Source: an uncultured Alphaproteobacteria bacterium | Lineage (GTDB): Bacteria; Pseudomonadota; Alphaproteobacteria; Rhodobacterales; Rhodobacteraceae | Reading direction: 5' to 3' | DNA: 64,000 bases | NCBI GenBank assembly: GCA_963749855.1 | Contig: CAVVOC010000003.1 | Location: 308,900 to 372,899, forward strand | The notes under the pieces: model-generated | Told to the model about the DNA's origin: nothing | Database searches by the model: none | What the model saw: only the letters and a program-made list of their open reading frames with translations | Shown here: piece by piece, positions 1 to 11,421 of the stretch | Position numbering within the stretch: the first letter of the stretch is position 1 | Layout of the letters: each line of letters opens with the position of its first letter | Program-made: the position numbers and the translations under genes

Positions 1-731
1 TGCCCCAGCCAGCGCACCTGACCCGCGGCAAACCCCGAAAAGAGCGCCTCGACCTCGGCGCGCAGCGGCCCGTCGCCCGCGACAGACAGGTGCCAGTCGT
101 CGGGCAAGATCCGCAATGCCTGCGCCAGATGGCGGAAGCTGTCCCACTTGTCGCCTGCCCGCATCATCGCCACCGACACCAGATGCCCCGGCTCCGGATC
201 GGGCTCCGCCGCAAAGTGCGCCACGTCGATGAAGGGGGCAAGCCGCGCCACCCGCGCGTCAGGCACGCCCTCCAGTATCCCCGCCTCGTCCCGGCCCGTC
301 AGGCAGACATTCACCGCCGCCAGAGCCAGCCCGGCGCGCACCCGCGCCTGCGTCCCGGCCCACAGCCCCAGGCTGCGCCGCGCCGACCAAGAGGACTCCA
401 CCGTCACGTAAGGCACCCCGAACCGTGCGCAGAGGTCCGGCCCGATCAGGTCCGGCGACTTGTAGTAGGGGTGGTAGCAGACGAAGGCATCGGGTCGTTC
501 CCTGGCCCACTCCGCCGCGATCCGCGCCCGCTCCGCCGCCGCGTCGGCCTCGATCGCCGCCCATGCCGCTGCATCCTCGGGGTCGCGCAGATAGCTGCGC
601 AACTCCGACACCAGCGCCACACGATGCCCCGCCGTTTCCATGCATCCCGTCAGCATCCGCGCCATGCGCCGGTCGCCGGACGGCACCGGATGGTCGGGCG
701 ATTTCAGCGGGGCGTAGAAGGCGATCTGCAT
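1..731 (-). CDS. Glycosyltransferase family 4 protein (runs off the left edge)
   Basis: Manual translation from ATG at 731: MQIAFYAPLKSPDHPVPSGDRRMARML...YHPYYKSPDLIGP...VAMMRAGDKWDS...AGDGPLRAEV, a GT-B/GT4 pattern; no stop within the window. Confidence 0.8.
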   Translation of the reverse strand, partial: MQIAFYAPLKSPDHPVPSGDRRMARMLTGCMETAGHRVALVSELRSYLRDPEDAAAWAAIEADAAAERARIAAEWARERPDAFVCYHPYYKSPDLIGPDLCARFGVPYVTVESSWSARRSLGLWAGTQARVRAGLALAAVNVCLTGRDEAGILEGVPDARVARLAPFIDVAHFAAEPDPEPGHLVSVAMMRAGDKWDSFRHLAQALRILPDDWHLSVAGDGPLRAEVEALFSGFAAGQVRWLG

Positions 732-742
732 CGCGAGGGGCG

Positions 743-1708
743 TCAAAGCCCCAGCGTCTTGCAGGTCTCGGCGTCCAGCAGGTCGGTGCAGTGGGGCGAG
801 CGGATGAAGTTGTCGTAATACATCACCCATTCGTCCGGCGCGCCATCGCGATAGGGGCCGAACTTGAAATACTGGTTCGCCCCCAGGCCCGGGTCGTTGT
901 GCCCGATGAAGCCCGTGACCGAGACGATCCACTTGCCGTTCGCGAACAGCTCGATCCGCCCGTCGCCGGACGGCCCCGGTTTCGAATAGACGGCGAAGTC
1001 GATCCAGCCGTCGGTGGGCTGCGGCATCGGCGTGCCGCGCGGCGTGACGACCGTGTTCGCGGTGCAGGCGTTGAAGCGCGGATCGTCGGTCGCGGTAAAG
1101 GTCGCGTCCGCCGCCACCAGCATCCGCATCTGGTTCGTCTCGGGCCGCAGCCAGACCGGCGTCTGCCCCGCGGCGCAATCGGCGACGATCGCCCCATCCT
1201 CCGGCACGCTCGGCGGGTAGTAGTTCGTCTCGACCGTCGCGAAGAGCTTTCCGTTCGTCATGCGGAAGGCGAGGTAGGGGCTGAAATCCCCCTCGGCCTC
1301 GGGGCCGATCTCGCGCTTCCACTGGGCGATCAGATAGCGGTGGTCGTCGGTCGGGATCGGATCGCCGAACTTGACCGAAAAGCCGAACCATACGCCCGTT
1401 TCGTACGGCACCCGCAGCGCGGTCTTCTCCCAGATCTCGGCCCGCTCGGAACAGCCCTCGGACCCGATGTCGCACAGCGCATTGACCGTCAGCTTCAGCG
1501 CCCGCCCGGTGCCGTCGCGCGTCACCTCGCCCTGGAACTCTGCCCGCCCGGCCGCCTGCTCGGCGTTCTCGCGGTAGTAGAGCCCGCCCTCCTCGGCAAA
1601 GTCCGTGCCGTCAAACCCGTCGCGCAGCACGATCTTGGCACTGTCCGCCAGACCCTGTTGCGTCATGACCGCCAGCCCCAGCACAACCGATCCAAGCACA
1701 TGCCTCAT
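743..1708 (-). CDS. Secreted polysaccharide lyase-like protein (Polysacc_lyase, jelly-roll)
   Basis: Signal peptide; motifs ERAEI, WFGFSV, LIAQWK, DGRIELFANGK, YFKFGPYR. Confidence 0.7.
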   Translation of the reverse strand: MRHVLGSVVLGLAVMTQQGLADSAKIVLRDGFDGTDFAEEGGLYYRENAEQAAGRAEFQGEVTRDGTGRALKLTVNALCDIGSEGCSERAEIWEKTALRVPYETGVWFGFSVKFGDPIPTDDHRYLIAQWKREIGPEAEGDFSPYLAFRMTNGKLFATVETNYYPPSVPEDGAIVADCAAGQTPVWLRPETNQMRMLVAADATFTATDDPRFNACTANTVVTPRGTPMPQPTDGWIDFAVYSKPGPSGDGRIELFANGKWIVSVTGFIGHNDPGLGANQYFKFGPYRDGAPDEWVMYYDNFIRSPHCTDLLDAETCKTLGL

Positions 1709-1840
1709 CGCCGCTCCCTTTCGTTCCGCGCCAGACGCTAGGAAACTTCGCCCGGCAAGGCGAGGGGGAAAATCCGCCCCACCTTGACAGCCCCCGCAAA
1801 TCGCCCGACTGAAAACCCGTCATCCCAGCGGAGCGCAGCC

Positions 1841-3182
1841 ATGGCCCCCGAGACCCCCGACGCCCCGCTCGCGTCCCTGATCGCCGCCCGCACCGCCCGC
1901 GTCGGCGTCATCGGCCTGGGCTATGTCGGCCTGCCGCTCGCCGTCACCGCCGCCCGCGCGGGCTTTCCCGTCACCGGCTATGACATCGACCCCGCCAAGA
2001 TCACCGCCATCGCCGCCGCCGAGAGCTACATCGAGGCCGTGCCCCAGCCCGTCCTCGCCGCCGAAGTCGCGGCCGGCCGCTTCGCCGCCACCGGAGATTT
2101 CACCACGCTCGGCCAGTGCGACGTGATCGTCATCTGCGTCCCCACCCCCCTCACCCGCCACCGCGAGCCCGACCTTTCCTTCGTCACGCGCACCTGCGAG
2201 GACATCGCGGCCACCCTGCGGCGCGGGCAACTGATCGTGCTGGAAAGCACCACCTATCCCGGCACGACCGACGGCCCGGTGAAGACGATCCTCGAAGGCA
2301 CGGGCCTGTCCTCGGGCAGCGACTTCTTCCTCGGCTTCTCGCCCGAACGCGAAGACCCCGGCAACCGCGCCTTCGACACCTCGACCATTCCCAAGGTCGT
2401 CGCGGGCGACGGCCCGGCGGCGGGCCGCCTGATGCAGGCCTTCTACGGCGCAGTCGTGAAAACCGTCGTCCCCGTCTCCACCCCTGCCACCGCCGAGGCG
2501 GTGAAGATCACCGAGAACGTCTTCCGCGCCGTCAACATCGCCCTCGTGAACGAACTCAAGGTCATCTACGACGCCATGGGCATCGACGTGTGGGAGGTGA
2601 TCGACGCCGCCAAGACCAAGCCCTTCGGCTTCATGCCCTTCTACCCCGGCCCCGGCCTTGGCGGGCACTGCATCCCGATCGACCCGTTCTACCTGACCTG
2701 GAAGTCGCGCGAATACGAGCTGACCACCCGCTTCATCGAACTGGCGGGCGAGATCAACTCGGCCATGCCCCGCCACGTCGTAAGCCGCCTCGCCGAGGCG
2801 CTGGACCGCCGAGCTGGGCCGGGCGCTGAGCCGGTCGCGCATCCTCGTCATCGGCCTCGCCTACAAGAAGAACGTGCCCGACATCCGCGAAAGCCCCTCG
2901 CTGAAGCTGATCGAGCTGATCGAGGAGCGGGGGGGCGAGGCGGCCTATCACGATCCCTTCGTGCCGCAGATTCCCCGCACACGGGCCTATGGCGCGTTGA
3001 AGGGTCGCCCCTCGGTGCCGCTGACCCCCGAGAGCATCGCAGGGTTCGACGCGGTGCTGATCGCGACCGATCACGACGCCATCGACTATCAGGTGCTCGC
3101 CGACTGGTCGCCGCTGCTGGTCGACACGCGCAACGTCTTTGCGCGGCGCGGCATCGTCTCGGACAAGATCGTCAAGGCGTGA
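1841..3182 (+). CDS. Nucleotide-sugar dehydrogenase (UDP-GlcNAc/ManNAc 6-dehydrogenase family), frameshift near 2815
   Basis: GLGYVGLPLA, ICVPTP, ESTTYPGTT, SPEREDPGN, GPGLGGHCIPIDP; C-terminal part PDIRESPS in ORF 2874-3182. Confidence 0.9.
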
Positions 3183-4838
3183 GCGTTCCGGTCGCGATCC
3201 TCGCCGATGCGCATGTCCATGACATCCACGGCGACTATGGCACGTCCGGAATAATGCTGAACGGCCGCCGCGCCACGCTGCGCAGCTGGCACGACACCGC
3301 CCGCGCCGCCCGCGCCTTCAACGAAAGCGGCGCGATCTTTGACGCGGCGCTGGCGCAGATCCGCGCGCGCGGGATCCGCCACGTTGTCCTTCTGGGCGAC
3401 TACACCGATGACGGGCAAGCCGAGACGACCGCGCGCCTCGCCGCGCGCCTGCACGCCGCCTCCGACCTGCGCTTCTACGCCATTCCCGGCAATCACGACG
3501 TGTTCGGCCCCCACGGCAAGCACACCGCCACCCGTTTCCGCACGCCCACCGGGACGCAGCTGGTCACCAGCGACCCGACCCTGGCGGAGCAGGACCGCCA
3601 TGCCGCGGTCCTCAGCCCCCGGCTGCGCTGCGCGGGCCAGCCCGCGGGCCTTCTGCCGATGGCCGCCTTCGGCCTGTTCCGCCAGCCGCAGTTTCTTCAT
3701 TGGGAAAGCCCCTTCGGCCCCTCCGACGCCGTGGCAGACCGCCAGTACGACGCCCGCTCTCCCGATGGACTTAACACCCGCCGCCTGATGGACGCCTCCT
3801 ATCTCGTCGAGCCCGCGCCGGGCCTCTGGCTTTTGCTGATCGACGCGAACGTGTTCGAGCCGCGCGACGGCGACTGGAACGAACGCCAGAAGCGCGCCTT
3901 CCTCGATCCCGCCACGGCCGGCTGGACGGCGCTCTTGCGGGTCAAGCCCTTCCTGCTGCCATGGATCGCAGATGTCACCGCCCGCGCAAAGGCGCAGGGG
4001 AAAAGCCTGCTGACCCTGTCGCATTACCCCGCGCTCGACCCGTTCGAGGATGGCGCGAACCATGAGCATGCCCTTTTCGGCGAGACCGAGGTGCTGCATC
4101 GCCGCCCCGCGCCCGAGGTGGCCGAGGCCCTGGCCGCCGCCGGGGTGCGCCTGCATGTGAGCGGCCACATCCACTGTGCGGGGATCACCCGGCAAGAGAC
4201 ACGCCTTGGCACCGTCACCAACGTGGCCGTCCCCTCGCTCGTCTCCTGGCCGCCCGGCTTCGCCATCGCCCATGCGACGCCCGACGGCCCGGAGGTGGAG
4301 ATCGTGCCGCTGGACCCGCTGCCGCTGGACCCCGCACTTGTCGCCCTCTACCGGGCCGAAAGCGCGGACGCGCCCGAAATGCTCGCCGCGCCCGACATCA
4401 CGCGCTTCCTGCTCGCCCAGTCCCGCAACCGTGCGATCCACCGCGTCGTGACGCGCGACTGGCCGCGCGAGATCGCCAGCGGCGCTGGCCTCGGCGACCG
4501 CGCTCGATCTCGCAGCCCTGATGGAGGGGGCAGCGACGCTCGCCCCCGATCCGGCCCGCCGCACGATGGCCGAGATGCGCGCGGTGGCCGCCGGTCTCCC
4601 CGCCGGAACGCTGGACGCCTATCCGCTGGCCGATCTCGCGGGCGACTGGTACGCCCTGCGCCAGGCGGGACCGCTGGGCCGCGATGCCATTGCGCCCGAC
4701 CGTATGCGGGCCTGCCGATATCTCGCGCAGGCCTACGGATGCGAGGAGCCGCAGTCTGAAGACGCCGCCTTCTTCGCGCGCCTGCTGGCCGTCCTCGCCA
4801 CCTCGCTGGCCCGGATGGATCGCGGCGCTACCACCTGA
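3179..4838 (+). CDS. Metallophosphoesterase (calcineurin-like), frameshift near 4480
   Basis: DAH, LGDYTDDG, PGNHD, SHYP, SGHIH motifs; GTG start overlaps the upstream stop. Confidence 0.8.
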
Positions 4839-5740
4839 TCCAGCGCGGCCAGACGAAGACCTGCGCGGCATCCGGCCCGCCCGGCCCCGCCAGCCCATAG
4901 CACAGCCGCCGCAAGCCTTCGGCCACGGCGGCGCGGTCGGCGCCTTGCGGCAACGCGCCCGCCTCCATCGGTGCCGAGACCGAGACCCGCACCGTTGCCC
5001 CGACACGCGCGGCCGTCTCGCGCAGGATCAGTGCCACGCGCAGCGGATAGGACAGGTGGCTCGCGATCTGGAACAGGCGCGAGTTCTGCCCGTGCAGGAA
5101 CATCACCACCGTCCGCACGCCCCGCCGCTGCGCCAGCCGCACGATGAACGGATGCCAGGGCGCGTCATGCGCGTGCCGCGCCAGCGGCGTGACGGCGGTC
5201 GAGACGCTGCCTGCGGGAAAGACGATCAGGACATGCCCCTGCTCCAGCCATTCCGCCGCCCGCCGCCGCGTCTCGAGAGAGGTGCGCCGCGCCTCCTCGC
5301 CGGGGCCGAAATCGACCGGCAGCAGCACGTCGCGCGCCTCTTCCGGTTGGCAGAGCAGGCTATGGGTCATGATCTTCATGTCGGGCCGCACCGTCGCCAC
5401 CAGGTGCCCGACCAGCAGCCCGTCGACGATCCCGAACGGATGGTTCGCCAGCACCAGAACCGGTCCCGTCCGGGGTATGTGACCCACCCCGCCCGCCACG
5501 AAGGCGGTCCGCACCCTGAGCTTGCGGATCGCTGCCGAGAAGATCGGCTCGTGCGGGTCGGGCGGCTCGGCCAGCCATTCGCCATAGAGACGTTGCAGCA
5601 CGGCGCGCCCGCTGACCGTCTCGACCAGCGCAATCAACCCCCTGCGGAACCGGCTCTGTTCCGGGCGGGCATAGGTCAGGGGCAGGCTGCGGCTCGCGGG
5701 CCACCGGCCGCTCGGCCACGACATCGACCACCTGATTCAT
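4828..5740 (-). CDS. Lysophospholipid acyltransferase family protein
   Basis: ANHPFGIVDG (HX4D) and FPAGSVS; probable indel near the 5' end. Confidence 0.85.
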
Positions 5741-5816
5741 CGCGCACCCTTCCTGCCTGAAGGGTCCGGTTACAAGGCCTGCGTGACAGTCCCGTGACGC
5801 CCCGCGACGCAAGCGG

Positions 5817-6239
5817 TCAGTCGCGTTCCACCAGGATGCCGCGCGCCACCAGCGCCTCGGCAAGGATGTCCTCCGGCGGCAGCCCGAGCGAGGGGATGTC
5901 CTCTTCCGTCCCGTCGCGCATCCGGACCGAGACCGTGGGCGCGCCATCGGTCCAATGGGCGAAACGGACAGAGGCGAGGCTGTCCAGCGGCACGACCTTT
6001 TCCGCCCCGTCGATGTAGAGCGTCCAGACATCGGTGGTCAGATGCATCCCGTAGACAGGATTGCGCTTCAGGACCAACCCCAGCAGCGCGATGGCCAGCG
6101 CGACAGGGCCATAGACAAGCGGAGGCGCATCCCAGGCCAGCGCAAGAAGCAGGAAAGCGACGGCTGCGATCATCGCGGCCAGGGTCTCGGCCCTGCGGCC
6201 CGTCCGGCGATAGATCAGGTCGGGCAAATCCTCGGCCAT
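5817..6239 (-). CDS. Hypothetical membrane protein (2 TM plus soluble domain)
   Basis: 140-aa ORF with two N-terminal hydrophobic helices and plausible codon usage. Confidence 0.6.
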   Translation of the reverse strand: MAEDLPDLIYRRTGRRAETLAAMIAAVAFLLLALAWDAPPLVYGPVALAIALLGLVLKRNPVYGMHLTTDVWTLYIDGAEKVVPLDSLASVRFAHWTDGAPTVSVRMRDGTEEDIPSLGLPPEDILAEALVARGILVERD

Positions 6240-6343
6240 ACCGGCGCAACCCTGTCACACAGTCATGTGCGCAAGGTAACACCTCGGATGCCCCGCGACC
6301 ACATGGCCGTGTGGACAGAGGGCGCAGCCCCGGGTGGGATCGG

Positions 6344-7087
6344 CTAGAGTTGTGCCGCGACCTCTTCGGGGATGTCGAAGTTGTGCGTCACGGTCTGCAC
6401 GTCGTCATCCTCTTCCAGCAGGTCGATCAGCCGCATCAGCTTCTGCGCCGTGTCGAGATCGACCTCGGTCCGGGTCTGCGGCCGCCAGACGAGCTTCGAT
6501 TCCGTGGATTCGCCCAGCGCCTTTTCCAGCGCGTCCGACACGTCCGACAGATCCTCGACCTGGCAATAGATCCAGTGCCCGTCCTCGTCCGACTCCACGT
6601 CGTCCGCGCCGGCCTCCAGCGCGGCCATCATCACCGTGTCGGCATCGCCCGCGCTGGCCGGATAGGAGATTTCGCCCACCCGATCAAAGCGAATGGCTGA
6701 CCGATCCGGTCTGTGCCCAGGTTCCCGCCGCCCTTGGTGAAATAGCTGCGCACGTTCGACGCGGTGCGGTTCAGGTTGTCGGTCATCGCCTCGACGATGA
6801 TCGCGATCCCGTTCGGCGCCGTAGCCCTCATAGCGGATCTCGGTATAGTCCTCGCCGTCGCCCATCTGCGATTTCTTGATCGCGCGGTCGATCACGTCCT
6901 TCGGCATCGACTGCGCCTTCGCCGCCTTCACCGCCAGCCGCAGGCGCGGGTTCTTGTCGGGATCGGGGTCGCCCATCTTGGCCGCGACGGTGATTTCCTT
7001 CGCCAGCTTCGAGAACATCTTCGAGCGCAGCTTGTCCTGCTTGCCCTTGCGATGCTGGATGTTCGCCCATTTCGAATGGCCTGCCAT
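6344..7087 (-). CDS. yebC: YebC/PmpR family protein (internal compensating frameshifts)
   Basis: [38 protein letters not shown]. Confidence 0.95.
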   Translation of the reverse strand: MAGHSKWANIQHRKGKQDKLRSKMFSKLAKEITVAAKMGDPDPDKNPRLRLAVKAAKAQSMPKDVIDRAIKKSQMGDGEDYTEIRYEGYGAERDRDHRRGDDRQPEPHRVERAQLFHQGRREPGHRPDRSAIRFDRVGEISYPASAGDADTVMMAALEAGADDVESDEDGHWIYCQVEDLSDVSDALEKALGESTESKLVWRPQTRTEVDLDTAQKLMRLIDLLEEDDDVQTVTHNFDIPEEVAAQL

Positions 7088-7168
7088 GACCCTGCTCCGA
7101 TCGTCCGTCTCGTTGATCGCGCCTCTATATCCCAGCCCGCGCCCAAGCCCGCAACCCCGGCCCCGGCC

Positions 7169-8972
7169 TCAGGGATAGAGCGGCCAGATCAGCGGGATCA
7201 GCGCCGAGCAGAGCAGCCAGGTGATGATGTTCAGCGGCACACCGATCCGGGTGAAGTCGAGGAACCGGTAGCCCCCCGGCCCATAGACCATCATGTTGGT
7301 CTGGTAGCCGACCGGCGTCGCGAAGGCGAGCGTGGCCGAGAACATCACCGCCACCACGAAGGGGCGCGGATCGACGCCCAGCGACTGCGCCAGCTCGATC
7401 GCGATCGGCGTGTAGATCACCGCGACCGCGTTGTTCGACAGGAACTCGGTCAGGATCAGCCCGAGCAGGTAGACCGCCAGGATCATCGCGAAAGGCGACA
7501 GCCCCTCCATCCAGGGCGCGCACCGCGTCGACGATCAGCGTCGACCGCCCCCGACTGCTCCAGCCCCTCGCCCACCGCCAGCATGGCGAAGATCATCGCC
7601 AGCAGCCGCCCATCGACGAAGTCAAACGCCTCGTCCGCTGTCGACGCAGCGGGTGACCAGGATCACCGCCACCGCGACGAAGGCCAGCGCCAGGATCGGC
7701 GCCACGTCCAGCGCGGACAGGCACCACGATCAGCGGCCAGCGCCGCCGATCGCGATCGGCGCCTTGTTGCGGCGATAGGCCTTGCTGCGACGGGTGGCTG
7801 ATGTCGACCAGGTCCATGTCGGCGGCCAGCCGCTGGATATCCTCGATCGCGCCCTTCCAGCAGCAGCGTGTCGCCGACCTGCACGATCAGGTCGTCCAGC
7901 TGCCGCCCGATGTTCTGGTTGCGCCGGTGCACCGCCAGCACATAGACGCCATAGCGCCGCCGCAGGCGCAGGTCGCCCAGCCGCTGCGCCCGACCATCCG
8001 GCAGCCGGGCGTGATCAGCACCTCGACCGTCTCGGTCTCGACCGATGACAGCTTGTCGACCAGATGCACGTCCTTGCTGCGCCTGCAGGCCCAGCAGTTC
8101 CGCCATCTCGGTGCGCAGCACCACGCGGTCGCCCGCCTGCCAGCGTCACCGGCGCCAGGTCGCGCCGCAGCGAGGCATCGCCGCGCAGCACGTCGATCAC
8201 CCGCACCCCGTCGCGCTTGAAATGTCGACACGTCCAGCACCGGCTGGCCGATCAGCGCGGCTGTCCTCGGGCATCGCGACCTCGGTGAAGAACTTCATCT
8301 TCCTGCGGTCGCTCGAGCAGCATCCCCATCGACTGCCGCTCCGGCAGCAGCCGGTTGCCGAAGAGCGCCAGATAAGCAGCCCCCAGCCAGCGTCACCGCA
8401 ATGCCCGAGGGGCGCGATCTCGAACAGCGAGAAATGCTCCAGCCCCTGCTTCACCGCCACGCCATCGACCAGCAGGTTGGTCGAGGTGCCGATCAGCGTG
8501 ATCATGCCCCCCAGCACCGTCATGTAGCTGAGCGGGATCAGCAGCTTCGACGGCGCCGTGCCGATCCGCACCGCGATCTGCATCACCACCGGGATCATCA
8601 CCGCCACCAGCGGCGTGTTGTTCATGAAGGCCGAGGCGACGGCGACGAAGCCGAACAGCACCACGATGGTCGTCTTCGGCCGGTCGCCCACATGGCGCTC
8701 GGCCATGCCGATGACCATCTCGACCGCCCCGGTCCGCACCAGCCCGCCCATCACCAGGAACATCAGCGCGATGGTCCAGGGCGCCGGGTTCGACAGGACC
8801 GACGATCGCATCGGGCACCGGCAGGATGCCCAGGACCAGCATCAGCGCCGCGCCCGCCGATGGCCGTCACCTCGACCGGGTAGGTCTCGCGCACGAACAT
8901 CACGAACATGCCGGCGAGGATGCCGAGCGCCATCAAGGCGGCCGTCGTCTCGGAGAACTCTATTCCCAGCAT
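7169..8972 (-). CDS. SLC13 family permease with TrkA-C domains (multiple frameshifts)
   Basis: SAFMNNTPLVA, TLIGTSTNLLV, TPVGYQTNMMVYGPGGYRF spread over ORF fragments. Confidence 0.88.
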
Positions 8973-9022
8973 CCGCCCGTCCGCAGAAAATCACGACTTT
9001 CTAGGCCGCGATTTCTGCGAGA

Positions 9023-9927
9023 TCAAGCTGTCGCGGGCCTCGCGCGCGGCTGCACGAGCGCCAGGCCGACCAGAAGGATCGCGGTTGCCGCACAAACAAG
9101 CGGACTGAAGCGCTCGCCCAGCAGCACCATCGCCCAGCAGACCCCGGCGATGGTCACGACATAGCCCACCTGCGCCGCAAAGACCGCCCCCGCCGCCCGC
9201 GCGAGCCAGACGTAGCCCACATACATCAGCGCATTGACGACCGACGAAACGACCAGCGCCCATTCCGGCGCGCCGAAGGCGCCGTCGGGTCGATCCATTG
9301 CCCCGAGATCAGCACCAGCGGCAGCACCAGCACCATTCCCACGACCGAGGCCGCGAAGATCGCCTGCACCGGGTCCATACCGGCCGTGCCCCAGCGCGCC
9401 ACCACAGTTCGCCCTCGATCGCGTAGAAGAGCGGCCCGACCATCGCGACCGCCAGCCAGGCCGGACCCGCCCCGCTCGGGCAGCGCCGCCTGCGGCAGCG
9501 CGATCAGCGCCACGCCCAGAAAGCCGCAGAGCAAGCCCGAGCAGCCGCAGTCGCGCTGAAGCGGTCCATCCCCAGCGACAGCGCGATGGGAAAGGCGAGC
9601 AGCGGCACGGTCGAGATCAGGATCGACATGATCCCCGCCGGCAGATGCGCGACCGAGATGTAGAAGGTCGTGTTCGGAATGATCGTGCCGATCACCGCGA
9701 TCAGCAGCGCAAAGCGCAGGGCCGCCCCGGTGAGCGGACAGGCCCGCCGCCGCACCAGCTGCACCGCGCCCAGCACGACCGACCCCCACGACCAGCTGCC
9801 AGAAGATCAGTCCGAAATGGCCGTGCCCGGTCGAGACCGCGATCTTGCCCAGCGACTGCGTGCTGCCCCAGCCGATTCCAAGCCCCAGCAGCGCCGCGAC
9901 GAATCCCAGGCGCTGCGACCGCATCAT
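9023..9927 (-). CDS. DMT/EamA family transporter (frameshifted)
   Basis: Hydrophobic fragments; AGAVFAAQVGYVVT, LGERFS. Confidence 0.8.
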
Positions 9928-10739
9928 GGCAGCGCCTGTTCCAGCCGCCCGCCCAGCCGGATCATCCGCACCCGCGTGGCCTTGCCCGGTGCGGTCATCG
10001 GTCTCGACATAGACGCCCGACAGCGTCGCCTCGCCCGCCGCCGGCTCGAACCGCGCCTTGGCCATGCCGGTGATGAAGCGGCGCAGCGGCTCCAGCTTGT
10101 CCATCCCGATCACGCTGTCATAGTCGCCGCACATGCCCGCATCGGTCTGATAGGCGGTGCCGCCCGACAGGATCTGCGCGTCGCCCGTCGGCACATGGGT
10201 ATGCGTGCCCACGACAAGGCTCGCCCGCCCGTCGCACCAATGGCCCATCGCCATCTTCTCGCTCGTCGCCTCGGCATGGATGTCGACGATCGTCGCCTGC
10301 GCGAGGCCGCCCAGCGGATGCGCCTTCAGCACCGCCTCGACCGCCGAGAACGGATCGTCGAAGGGCCGCTTCATGAACACCTGGCCCAGCGCCTGCACCA
10401 CCAGCACCTTGCGCCCGCTTCGTCGCCGGGAACAGCCGCGCCCCGCGCCCCGGCGCGGCCTTGGCGAAGTTCAGCGGCCGGATCAGCCGCGGTTCGCTCT
10501 CGATGAAGGACAGCATGTCCTTCTGGTCGAAGGCATGGTCGCCCAGCGTCACGCAATCCGCCCCGGCGGCGAACAGCAGCCTTCGCATGCTCGGGCGTCA
10601 GCCCCGCCCCGGACGAGGCGTTCTCGCCATTGACCACGACGAAATCGAGGCCCCACTCCGCCCGCAGCCCCGGCAGCCGCGCGGTGATCGCGGCCCGACC
10701 GGACCGCCCCATGACATCGCCAAGGAAGAGAAGTTTCAT
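9924..10739 (-). CDS. YmdB/TIGR00282 family metallophosphoesterase (frameshifted)
   Basis: LFLGDVMGRSGR, NGENA, TLGDHAFD, DIHAEATSEK, GTHTHVPT, TDAGMCG. Confidence 0.92.
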
Positions 10740-10790
10740 GGTTTCGGGGATATTGCCTCGCCGCCGCCGGGGCAAGGGGAGAGCGCAGCG

Positions 10791-10841
10791 GCGGGGGTTT
10801 CACACCCCCGCACCCCCGTGGGGTATTTCGCCGAAAAGAAG
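10791..10841 (+). repeat. Short intergenic repeat, copy 1 (hairpin plus GGGTATTT-N-AAGAAG core)
   Basis: gcgggggtttcacacccccgcacccccgtggggtatttcgccgaaaagaag; related copies at about 22.4 kb and 29.7 kb. Confidence 0.65.
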
Positions 10842-10857
10842 CGCAAGGCGGTCGTTC

Positions 10858-11421
10858 TCAGCCTGGCGAGGGGTCGAATGAGCCCCGCCTCGGTCACGAT
10901 CAGGTCGAGCTTCTGGTCCGTCGGCTCGGTCGGCACCTCGGCCACCTCCTGCGCGGCGAAGGCGAAGCCCACCGCCAGCACCGGGTGCCGCGCGCGCAGG
11001 CGTTCCAGCGTCCGGTCGTAGAACCCGCCGCCATAGCCCAGCCGATAGCCGCGCGGTCGAAGGCCAGCAAGCGGCACGATCAGCACCTCGGGTTCAAGCC
11101 AGGCGCCCGTCCGCCGGGATCAGCGCGCCGAACGTCCCCGGCCACCATCGCCGCACCCCGGCGTCCATTCGCGGAACCGCAGCGGCAGCCCGCGCCCAGG
11201 GATCACCGGCACGCAGACCGGCCCCTGATGCGCGGCCATCGCGGGCAGCGGGTCGATCTCGGTCCGCATCGGCATGTAGCCCGACAGCACCCGGCCCGCC
11301 TGCGTCGCGCAGGGCAATCCGCCAGCAACTCCGCCGCCTGCCCCTGCCCCGCCGCGAAGGCCGTCTTGCGCGCGGCGAAGGCCGCCCGGCGCGCCTCGGC
11401 CTTGATGTCGCCGGCGGTCAT
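10858..11421 (-). CDS. 5-formyltetrahydrofolate cyclo-ligase (frameshifted)
   Basis: SGYMPMRTEIDP, RLGYGGGFYDRTL, VPTEPTDQKLDLIVTE. Confidence 0.9.

Noticed and set aside
1784-4759. Apparent 991-aa dehydrogenase-phosphoesterase fusion in the ORF track
   Set aside because: A frameshift near 2815 diverts the frame. The true dehydrogenase C-terminus is in ORF 2874-3182 and the phosphoesterase has its own GTG start.
9226-10407. Apparent YmdB-DMT fusion
   Set aside because: Indel artefact; YmdB ends at a TGA overlapping the DMT start near 9924-9927.
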